Source: Phoronis australis
Lineage: Eukaryota; Animalia; Phoronida
Direction of reading: 5' to 3'
Length of the DNA: 64,000 nt
Assembly (NCBI GenBank): GCA_002633005.1
Contig: NMRA01000523.1
Location: forward strand, 1-64,000
In this document: positions 37,824 through 50,100 of the stretch, in pieces
How positions within the stretch are numbered: position 1 is the stretch's first letter
How the letters are laid out: every line of letters starts with the position of its first letter
Position numbers and translations under genes: made by a program
Notes under the pieces: model-generated
What the model saw: the letters and a program-made list of their open reading frames with translations, nothing else
The model's database searches: none
Told to the model about the DNA's origin: nothing

Positions 37824-40800
37824 ACAGAGCAAAGTACGAGCTTAACATGTGATGTTTGATATCAAGGTGTGGTGCTGGTTGGTCATTTGTGCGTGCCTTG
37901 ATGTTCACACCTGCGGATGCTCATGAGAGCAAAATGTGAAGTCAATGAGGTTAAATTGTGGTCTGTAATTATACAAAACCCACCATGAACAAAATTGCCC
38001 AAGACGAGGTGTTGTATGACTTGTGGTTTCACTGCAGTTGTCTGACAGGATTACAACTAGGCTGAACTCATGTCATTAGTAGAAGAATTGACGTTCTAAT
38101 GGGGGGGGGGGGGNAATGTTTTAGCTGATTTTAGATTTTATGCTAATAACAAATCTGACATCTTCCATGGCTAAGTTGTTGTGTTGTTTAGGGGCAAGCT
38201 TGCAAACAAGCTAGATCTTATCAACATTGCAGTTAACAGGCCATGGTGTATTTGGCTTGATTGTTCACGAAAGTCACACCCAGTGTTCCTGTAAAGATCT
38301 CAGCAAGCTCACTAGTATGTTCACTGATTGTGAGGTAGACCTCTCATACAGGTAACTCCGTTTACACTGGTCACTGAGCCCTAGCGCTTTGAAGTTTTTT
38401 TTTACTTTCAGATCTCTGTGTTCAACTATTACCATTTTTGTGCCTTGCACAAATGAGTTTCTAAATATGTTCCTTTCGTAAAAATAGTATCTTGTTTGTT
38501 CATGCAGTTGGATTGCTGCTCTTTATTACGTGCAAAGTATTAGCTTCTTCATTTTCCCTTTTGTGTGCCCGAAAAGAAATTCTCCTTGGTAGAACTTCTC
38601 AGTGGAAATAAATTGTGACAAAAATTTTACTTCATTTTAGTTAGCATTTTTTGTACCCCAGACCTGTAGTCCGAAAAACCTGCTGCACCGCTGTCCACTT
38701 TGCAACATAAAACGCCTCTTTAACTGGAAGACTTAATGTCTTCAGGTTGATTTTTTTAAAGTGTTGATAATCCTACTTGCAGGTTTTTTGGCTGTTTGTT
38801 GAGGTCGGCAGCAAATAGAGTTTTTCTGCTTCAAATACGAATCTTTTTCACTATGCGTATTCCCGAAGGATACTGTATGAAATATCTTGATATCTTCTTT
38901 GACAATAAAAAGAATTGGTGAATTTTAAGTTTTTCGCAACTGTGTGAACTGATTCTGTTCAACGTCAGTACTTTACAGGATAATATTTTTTCATCAAGCT
39001 ATGCCAATAACTGTGTTGCTTTCTCAAGATTGGTCTATTGTACAAAACATAGACCATTCTGGGGTTTACAGATTTTGGAGAACAGTGGAAAAAAACTCGC
39101 CATCTCGTTGTATAACCAAGCATAAGGTTTTCAGGCCTGGGCCCCTACAAAACCAGCACGAGGTCTTACAAACCGGAAGGAATTCCTGCTGTGCAGCAAC
39201 TGGTTAGTACCATGACACCACGAAAAAGTGACAAAAATTCTTCTTTCTCAGGGCCGCATTTCCTTTTCTTCCTTTCTTATGAAAGCGTTTCTTTCCTCAT
39301 GAACCACAGTTCAAGCCAGTTGTAGTGAGTAGTTTGGATTAGGTGTTCCAACGGAGTGGTGGTTTATGGGAAAATATAATTTTGTGTTTTGATACAGTAT
39401 GATATTTTTTTCACATATTCATAGCCATATACCCCGGAGTACATTTTTCTAACAAAATAGTAATATTACAATGGCACATTTACAAACATGTCTTCATAGA
39501 TTGATGATCTGCAAAACGCATAGTCAATAAAACTTATGGCAGATGTGCCGGGTCCTCCTTAAACTAATTAATTGCTGACATTTGATTGTTACATTACGTT
39601 TCCTGCATAAATCTATTCCTTAAACCAGGATGTGCTCAACAGCAAGCAATAGAATTTCAACAAAAAGTAAACTGATACACAGAATAAGAAATAGAATTAT
39701 GCCGCATCCCCCATACCTTCTACTGCTAAGTCGTACTGTTGTGGTATTCGATAGCTATCCAAACTATAAAGCTGCAACGCTCCGGTTAACTGACTTATTA
39801 CTCTCATAAAATCGCTCTCGTAAAATTTCTTATGGTGATTGAATTCTGTTTCCGTTAGGTGCTTGACAACCGAAATCATCAACGACGCTAGAAATCACTT
39901 GAGAGTTAACTGGAGTTGGCCAAACATAAAAATATATCATTGCGAATTCGAAAATGGCGCATGTACTGTACCCTAGCTGTGATTATTAGAGATGGTATCG
40001 GAAATGCAATCTTATCATGATGGTAATTACTACGAGACCGATTTTATAAGAGTATAAGAGCTACAATTCGATTTTCGTTTTTCACCTGCTAAACGGCAAA
40101 ATTTAGGTTTGGAAGATCTCCTGCTTTGCATTGGTGTGCTTTCTTGGACGTTTTTTTGTATTTTGACGTTTTAGACTACCCTGATAATACCAGCCACATG
40201 TTTGCAACATACATGTAGGAAAAAATGGTTTAATCACACAAACGTCGACTGGTCATGTGATGTGTGAAGTGGTCTTATCACTGCGAGAATACAGAACAAA
40301 GAATGAAAGGCCGAAAATAGTTGTATTGAATAGAACACCTTATAAAGTTTGGAAAGAGACAACAACCTTTTTAAAATGTAGCGTCATGTTTCGGTGGTAA
40401 AACATCCACCATTTTCAAGCTTTATTAAGGTATGCCAGGATGGCTACAGGTACAATGCTCAAAAATTGCAAAACACATAAAAATACCAGAACAGGATTAG
40501 CCAGCGATCAGCAAATCACAACTCAGTGTAACAGTGTCAACGACTCATGGGAAACCTGTGCATTGAGTGAACACCATATAAGGATTCTGGCAGTGACGTA
40601 GGCAAATGAAAGTCATCGAACCTTGCCGTTCATACCATTTTGCAATTGATGACATTTGTGTGCCCAGAGTGATGCTCAAAATGTCGCTTCCAACCAAACT
40701 CACGTGCGCTGCCATTCAAGATAGGCTTTAAAAAATGACCTCAGCATCGTTCTTGAGCCTCAAAGCTCTGTTTCTGACAGATGTATCACGTGACTATTCA

Positions 40801-41119
40801 AACACATTAATTGGGCTAAAATACATTTAGGGAAAAGGTAGACTTAGTTTACAAAGAACTTTCTGGTTTTAGACGTTCCAAAAGCAGCATTTGGAAGTTA
40901 AGAAATTTCGGTAAACAGAACATCCGACTTCTGCTTCAGTTCAGGTAGCGCAAGTGACAGCAATTTTATCGTCTCTAAGAAATTTATGAGCGTGGCAAAT
41001 ACTTTTCGGACAAATAGTGTGTCTTATACATGTTTTCATTCAGCAATGTTTTATTGCGGTTGTGGATGTGCGTAAGAATGTGACTGGTTTGTTGCATGTA
41101 GTGCAAGCATAGCAATGTC

Positions 41120-44100
41120 TCACAATACTATCTGAATAAATCTCATGAACCCAATGATTAGAGGCAACAATGAAATTAGTTTGTTAGATCTTCCACTGTT
41201 CACTGGCTCTTTTGTCGGAGCTGGTTTCTTGTCACAATGTTTTTGGTTCTTCCCCACACAAGACGCGTAGGCCATGACGTGTGCTATGTAGCTTTGCTCT
41301 TTAACCCCGGAGAACAGATGTGCCATTGGTCCTGTGGCGTACACGGCTACATCCTCTCCACCGTGGGTTTCCGATTTCAATGGCACTGCGCTCTGCTGGA
41401 TGTAGTTTTTGTTATCTGTAAAACACGTCATTAATTACTTCAAGGATTCTCAAAAACGCACTTATGTAACGTAACAAGGATTCTGTTTACAAGGCACCAC
41501 GTGTTCAGTGCGGAAGAATTTCACTCTTTAGACACTGACGATGTTGTTTCCGCTAATGTGTTATTCTGTCATGAAGCTTCAGTGGCGCGGATGCTAATGT
41601 TTATTGTAATGGGACGTACACTGTAAAATGGCATAGCAACTGACGTTCATTTTTTCTATCGCGGAGACGCACACTGTTGCTCCGTAGTCCGTCAAAGGAT
41701 TTTGATGAAATCTCATAAGTGAATATCCGATTTCCTGAAGACCTAAAATTGCATCGTTCTTTCTGCCACCCAGCTGATGGCGTGTCTGTGCTTTTTGCTT
41801 CTATGTTTTCGACAAACTCTTCGTTTACAACCCAGTGTTTATTTTATCAATTTCGCGTTTACCGTTTTCGTTTTTCGCAGTTGTTGTCCGTTAATCAATA
41901 CCGTCTGCTTGAGCTATGCCTTCGTTATACAAAAACTACGTCTCTATAAGGTCGTCGTTACCGGCGGGTCTTTGGTTTGTCTTTTATTGTAGCCAATCTC
42001 GTCGGCGACGGCATAGTCGTCCTTGCGTTGTGCGCCGTCTTCTCAGCTGGCGTTTCGTCGGTGCTTTGCCGACATCGTAGTGGTTTCTCTGTCTTCGGTG
42101 CATCGTCGTTGGCATAAAAGCAGTGACATCAGTTGGAGGCTTCGTCGTTTACTTGTCAACGACAACGTTTTTTTCGGCGTGTAGCTGTTGGCGCGTCGTA
42201 GGCGCACGTCACGCTAGGCGTCGTTGATGGCGGCAACGTCGTCGTCGGTGCTTCTGCATTAGGTGTTGTACGCTAAAGTGCTTTCGAGATCTCTCTTTTA
42301 AGTATGCCTGAGAATGCTTCTTATTTGGAGACGAAGTGAGACACTACAGTACGCCTGTATCTGAATCGGTATTTTATGGCTTACTGACGTCCTAGTTTTA
42401 GAAAGTAAACAAAATATAGAGGCGAGGGTATCGCCAATAAAATTACTTTTTGAACCGTAATGACTTTGATAAAGCAAACACTTCAAATGAGAGACAACTA
42501 AAATCTGCAGAATTGGTCTTACCTATATCTACGCCAGTGATATTTTGCCTAGAACCATTCTTCGCTTGGGCTATGTCGTAGCCTGGTCCGTTTCCGTATA
42601 GCAAGGAGGTGTACGGTAGGTTGTCCTGGGCAAGAGGCGTTTTGTCGGGGTCGACAGGGTTAGCATATCCTGTGAATTAGGATGAATTTTATTACGTTTT
42701 ATGGGGACAATTAGTGGAACAGTCAAGCAGTTGCAGTATTGACATGCTATTTGTTTTGCTGCCTTGTGGATTATGGGGGTGCGGTGTTTGTATTATCCCT
42801 TGCTAAGTCCACAGAACACGTACATGCAGAGTACCGAATGTGTGCATGAAGATTATATGCTAAGCATTACTGTTACAACTAGAGATTCGAAAGCAGTGGG
42901 ACAAATCATAAGCAAAATGAAATTCGTCCTATAATTTGTTTGCTTTCGGGTGTGTCAAACCAGATTACTGGGCCTGGTCTCAAATAATAGCGATCGACTT
43001 GTCAATTCTTATCGCGCCCGCTCGAAGTCACCGATTATCTGAGTCGGGTAAATTAAGAACCAGTTGATGAAAAAAATCTTAAAAAATCTGTAAACCTTCG
43101 TTCAGTCAAATAAACCAACTTTTTATTTTGACGACTGATAGATACAAAACCGGGAACCGTTGCAATAAACTGACTTACGTTCATTTTTGATTTAAGTCTC
43201 AATATTTGTCTCGAATTCCAATCTTTGAAACTCCCACAACCGCTAAGTTACTCAAAATTACGACAAAACTTAGTTGAAAGCATAAGTCAAACTTACGATC
43301 TCTTTCTAGAAAACGACTTGAGACAAATGTAAGCTCTTCAAACTGACTGAAATAAGATGTGTCTTAGCTAAGACAGTTTTCACGGAACTCAGGCCCCTGA
43401 TCGTCATTGTGTTCGATGAGAGGTGGTTTCTGGGTATGTAAAAATGACTGTTTGTTATTGTTTCAGACTATGCTGAGTTACTAAAATGACACGCCGTGAC
43501 ATTGAGTCAAATTGTTGAACCTGACGCCAAGCAATAACGAGCCGTCAGTTCTTTCTTAGCCTACAGATCATATCAAATTCGACTGAGCAACAAAGTGTCG
43601 CCGATTATGTAACGGTAAGTAGTCTAAATGCAAAGTTAGTTTTTGCGGAAACATGGTTGGTCTGTGGCTGTTTTAACAGAATGCACTTCAAAGGAATTCT
43701 TGCTACCCCAAAAGTCCATTGAGTATCTAATCTCTTCAAGGTAATTCCAGTTAGTAAATTTGGCATATTTTTGTGCGTGTTTTTGTCCATTCTGGTGTCT
43801 GGAATAATAACGGTACATTGTATTTTATCACACAGGTCACATACATTCACGCAATTGAATCATCGTGTTTACATACACTCACCCAAAATAGGACTTCCTC
43901 GCTTTCCATAGGCTCCGATGGTGAAAACGTGTGAATGGTCGGCAGTTACGACCATCAATGTATTCGATGGGTCAACCATTTCTTGTGCCTTTGCAACGGT
44001 TTTGGCCAACTCCACCCCCTCTGTCAGCGCGTAAGCTGCTTTTCCGTCGTGATGTCCGTGGTCGATACGTCCTCCTGCAAAAATGTGCCTATTTTGTGCA

Positions 44101-47100
44101 TCCTATATATCTTGCGACACTCCTAAACGTCAGGGTTTCCCCTTCCTTGCTCACAAACCGCTGAATGAGGGCACTGTGGTCAGCTATGCAAATTTCCAAA
44201 AGACTAAATCCACTGCTTTCATAATTTCCGAAAGAACCCGATAGGTCGTGGAGGCAAAATAACTTCTGAAAAATGGACGTTCCTCGGAAATCCCCGGTAA
44301 TTAAATTTTGGTTTTAGCCCGTTAAGACAGGCGGTACAGCTTTAACTCTTTGAAACATGATCACACTTTGCAACCTTCAACAACTCTCAAGACTTTGAAT
44401 TAAGCTCGAAAACTCCGCCCAAAGTCAGGCTGCTGAATCGTTAAGAGTGCTCCATTCTTCGACTAGTTGACGTGCATTGAAAAGCCCTCGACCCACCGGA
44501 CCCCTTGCCTTGTCATACAGTGAGCTAGAGAGTAATAGCTAAGCAATGCGTTTGTCTCCCAGAGGACAAGGACTGTTGGATGAAACCAGTTCTGGGTGAA
44601 GAGCACGCAACAAAGGATTTAGTGCACCGTTTGCATCTGCACCATGACCCTCAATTGTCAAATGGGGAATAGTACATTTTGTACCCATTGGCTTGAGTGG
44701 CGAGGATCGAGGGGATCTCCAGAAGGTCTAAACATTCACTTTCTTGCTTTAGGGCAAGGGACGTATATAAGGTGTCCCTACACGCATGTCTGTTCTTTTG
44801 TTCGATCCCCGTATCGTTATGATCATGATGAGAATACCCACCTTCGACCAACAAGAAGTACCCGTTCTTGTTCTTGCTAAGTATACGTATCGCCTTTTCT
44901 GTTAGTTCTTCCAAGCTTGGCTCCATCGTCGTGTTTCTGTCGAGCTGATACTGCATGTGGCTGGGTTCAAAAAGTCCTGGTGAGAAAAGTAACCAGTATA
45001 TAGAGAGTGGACATGGCAATTCATGAAAATGAAAAGGGTTACAGGGGCGGATCCAGGATTTTGAGTTAGCGGGGTCCAGGGTAGAGTATTAGCCAGGATT
45101 TTGCCTGTCAGACATTCGTACCCCCGAACTGCCAAATGGAATCTGGGAGAATTTTAGGGCGGACCATGGCCACATTGGTCCCCCTTTAAATCCGTCACTG
45201 GATTATGTTGTTGTTTTGTAATTCAGTGCTATTCCGTTGAAAAAGTTATGTTTCCGGACTGTATTGCAAAAGTCATTAAAAATATCACCTGGATAAGTTT
45301 ACTTGTCGTATGACCACATGAATTATACATTTCTCAATAATGGCAATGTGACAAAAGCATAAAAGCATAAAAGCTGAAGTTCGTGAGAGACGAACGAAAC
45401 GTCGCTAACTCAAGTAGGAAAATTCTAGTATTTGACTCAAGTTTTCTGTATTTTAATGGCAGTGTGACGCGCGAAAGTCTGAGGCTTGCAAACGCTTTAA
45501 AATAATACAGACAAAGTTTTAAATTTTACTGTGTTTACCTAATAAGAAGTCGGTGTTTTCTGGATCGACGCCTGTGAAGGCCGTTTTATTCCACACATAC
45601 TGGAACCGCTTTTCCTTCATGGTCTCGACCCATTCCTGAATTAGGTTGCGTCCGTCCAGTCGTTTTCCCTTCTTTGATGGATATTCTGGGTCTGTGTCGT
45701 TCTTTCCCATAAATGACCGTCTTCCGCCTCCCAGTACGACCTGTAAGCAGTTATGACACACGGACTATATACTTAACCATTACACTTCATGTTTTTAGAT
45801 GACGAACCGATGACGTCTCGGTCACGTGTTACCTATGCAATGTGGGAACTCGGTTGCGTACGTTCGAAACCTAAGACTTGAGAAACAACCAGTTTTACGA
45901 GTCCGATTTTTGGACCCATTTTAGGGTTGCGTCTGTTCAAAACATAAGAAACAGGCTGTTCCACTGTAAGCTCTTTCCGTGCTTGATTTTTCCCTCTCGT
46001 CGAACATGGCGATTTCTTTGCTTTGCATTATCAAATACATCTCTAAATCTGACTCCTGCGATACGTTTCGTGATACCAGTGAGTTTATTGAATCCTCATT
46101 ATAGTAGAGTGTGTTTGAACAACATGTCCATCTCGGGTTTGAACGTTTTTCATGTTGCAGTGGCATGGTTCTGTAGTTAAGGTGCAACTTCCTGTGTGCA
46201 CAGGCACACAGCACGCGCACAAAATTGTTGATGCTCACCCACAACTGACGGCCTTTATTTCTCAGGCCCCATAACTAGAAAATTGTGTAGGCCTATTTCC
46301 CGATGACCCAAACAGGATTGATGAAAGAAACTTTGAAATTGTTGGAGTTTTTTAACAAAAATATACTTTGAATTGGGCTGGTGATACCTATCCAAATAGT
46401 GAACATTGCATAGGCGGATTAAGGGGGAGGGGCAGGGGGCCCGGCCCCCGCTGGATGCCGCAAAAAATGAAACAGCAAGAGCGTGAGGAAATATCGTAAC
46501 ACCGGTAATTCACATGCGGTTTAAAGGAGGAGGGCTCAGACCCCACTGCACGTGGCCGACTCAGACACCCTGCGCAGCCGTTTTCGTTTTTTTAGTCCTG
46601 TGCTAGATTTGCAGTGGTAAGTCCAAAAATAATCCGAGCCAAGTTCTTCAGGCTGGGTGGACGAACGCAATCGTGTTTTGCGCACTTGCGTGAGACAAGA
46701 TGTTGGCTCCCCCTTATAGTATCCTACATTGTAGATCCGCCACTGCGTTGAATTTGTATATTTTCTGTTGGCATAATTTCTCAATCGATCGTCTACTGCT
46801 GGTTGTGGACGATACCATCTTGTGAATGTTTCATTCGATTTGTGAAACAAATTATGATAAATTTGTATTTTAATGGTACTCGTGCCTACCTGGATATGTC
46901 CTGCCTGTGCTGTCAGTTGAGCTGCGATGTCCACGCATTTCCCTAGCGCGTCACTGGGTAAGTCCGCATCGTTTTCCCAGTCACGTTCAACGCTGTGTGC
47001 ATACATAGCTGACGGAGTGGCGTGTGTAATGCGAGCCGTAGAAATAATCCCTACGCTTTTACCTGAACGAAAATGATATCTTAGTCGTCAACGTCTTTTG

Positions 47101-50100
47101 AAAGTATAGCGTGTTTTTTGACTATTTGGTGTTGGAATCGGCCCAGAAAGTTGCCTGCAAAGCTTCTTGCCCGTTTTCTGACGAGACTGATTTTTCTGTG
47201 TGAAATGTTTTGTTTTTGGTAACATCCCACACAGTATATGCCAAGTACCCTACATGTAGTGTAAACTTCATTGAAAATTTAGGAAGGATTCAGTGCGGTA
47301 TGGAATGTCGGTGCGATAAAACGGATTTTTGAAATACCAGCACCGACGTTAAAGCAACTAATTGTGTCTTTCAATAGCTATAATAGCGTGTTTGGGATAA
47401 TTACGAAGCCACTACTTTCCTGGAGTAAATGGGACTTTTACAAAAAATTGACAACCAGACTTTCGGCTGCAAAAGACCAGAAACTTTGAGGTGATGCAAC
47501 AGCAGCCTACGTTTCTTGGATCATCAAGGATTTTAAACAATATAGATTCATAACAGAAATCACGTGATGTGCTCAACATAAGGCGTGTAAAATGACTAAT
47601 AATCATACTTATACAGTGTACCTCCACAATAGCTTGTGGAGTATACAAGAACATGCTCTTGCAAGTATGTGCCTACATGAGGGTCATTCGCCAATGTGAG
47701 AAACACTTGAGTAAAACCGAGAAGCAAATCCATATAATACGTGAGTAAAACTTGATTTGTGCCTTAAAATTTTCGGATCAACCACTGAGAAGCCCAAAAG
47801 TGTCGATTTTAAGTTTAAGTCGATTAAAACAGACAATAGCCTGTTGTACCTTCTTCCTTTGACCAGTGCAGTATCGAAGTTATTTTCGCGGTGTCTGTGG
47901 CCGAGCTGCAGTTTCTTCTGACCACAGTATCGTCGTATCCGACCACTCCAGATCTGGTCTTGACACCGGCCAGATATGCTGTAGCTGTGCCTGCCGAATC
48001 GGCTGTCTGGGCGTCGGTGTTGTAGGTCTTAAAAAGTACAGTTACTCAAGACTAGTTACATCAATTGATCCCATTTCAACTACATGTAACTCCCGTTTAG
48101 TCCGTATTCCAGACAATATCGGCTTTCAGAGACCTGATACAGTATCAACCTTTCTTTAATTAATCGCCAGACTAAGTCTTTTATATGCCAAGTATCTACC
48201 ACACTGAATGAATTCATTAATGTAAACACACATCGATTCGAAACTGTTGTCAACAAAAAAAATCGCATAGTTTTGGCCAATTTTTACTGTATTTCTTCCA
48301 AGAAAAAATAATCCCACTCTAAGTAGCTTAAAATACTACTTATCTAGTGTCTATTTCGTAGCCAGCGAAAACCCAAAGATCCTCAGGGGGTTCACCTTCA
48401 CCTGACCAATGACAAGACCACTGATGCGAGATGTTCATGTAAAGCTGGGTACTATATACCTGAAAGTCGAATTCTCTGTACGACGCCATAGATTTCAGGA
48501 TCTTTCGAACAAAATCAGTGCAGATTCACCGATATTTTTATTCTGCCGTCCGCTCAATTCCGCCAAATGAGAAGCAGGACACAACTGGTGGGACTCCTCG
48601 AGTAAAGTTGGTCAAGTCGATAGCCCTGTTTACGCATTTTCTAATCTTCGAACAAAATACTTTGATTAAAAAAATAAAACCCAGGTTCATTGCTCAAAAA
48701 CACAATTCATAATGTGCTAGGCAAGCATAAAGCTCCAGTAGGTCTAGTAGTGTACCCAAGTGAAATTAATGCATGGAATTGGCCGTGATCGTACCAATAA
48801 GACCTACCTTCTGATGAACTTCGCATTTCTGTAGTTTCATTGCATAACGGTAACTAGGTAGATTTCAGTTAACTTTATGCGTAGCGTGATCACTAAACTG
48901 TTGTATGGTTACAAAGGATGACAAATCTCGGGTGTAGTGGCAAAAATGGGTATTTACAAAAATAACTCAAATTCTTTTTTAAAGTTTCATAAATCTAAAT
49001 ATCATGTTTGAACAACTTTAAAATGAACTCTCTCTAACTCCACAGTCGAAGTGTATACTAGAGGTTCTCATAAATAAACAGTTGAATTACCTTTTGATGA
49101 GGGCCTCTAGTATACAATATTTAGATTTATGAAGCTTTAAAAAAGAAGTTGAGTTGTTTTTGTAAATACCTATTTATCCACTGCACCAGGCTTGTAATTT
49201 TTGTAATCATACCACAGCTTAGAGATCATGCTACGTTTGAAATTAACTGAAAGCTACCTTTATTTAATGAAACTGCAAACAATGCGAAGTTCATCAGAAG
49301 TTAGGCCTAACTTAAATGTCTGAATGGTGCAAACGGCCAACTCCTTGCATTAATTTGACTTAGACACAGCCCTAGACCTACCCGAGCTAACTATAAGCCT
49401 AGGACGAAATGAGTATGTACCTGAGCTATGAACCTGAGTTTTTCTAATCAAGATATCTCGTTACAAGATTAGAAAGCGTTAACAGTGCTATCGACTCGAC
49501 CTACTCAGAGACTATATACACGGACTTATCGCATCAGTGGCCTTGTCATTTGTCAGGTAAACCCCGAGGGGTTCTTCGGATTTTCGCTGGCTCCTCGAAC
49601 ACAACTTTTTCATCGTCACCTTTACAAATTCCCATATCATGAACGTACGATTCTCTGCTGAAAAGCATTGCCTGTTATTTTTGTCGAAACATTTTCGGAT
49701 AGTGCAAAAAACACTGTTTAGCGACAGTGTGTTTGCCTCTGATATCTTGTTTGTTTTTCGGGTATCACGTGACTTTTCGCGTAGGGGCGGAGCTTGTGAT
49801 TGGTTAATTGCCCGGTACAAAACAATAGGGAGCTTAGATCAACTTTCGTGATATCAAGGGCGAACGGCGACACCGGTTTTCCCGGTTGATATACATGTAC
49901 GGAAGCATTGTCCAACTACAAGTTACAGCTCGGTTTCCTAATGAACAACCATTTTATTTAATTTCTTCCTGTTCATAGACAGGGTTATAGTTGCACTGTT
50001 CCCTGAGGGTGTATTGATTGTACACCTTAAAACTATAAATTTTTGAAGTCATTGCTGATTACAAAATCTTAGGATATTCAAAAATAAATATTGAGCATTC

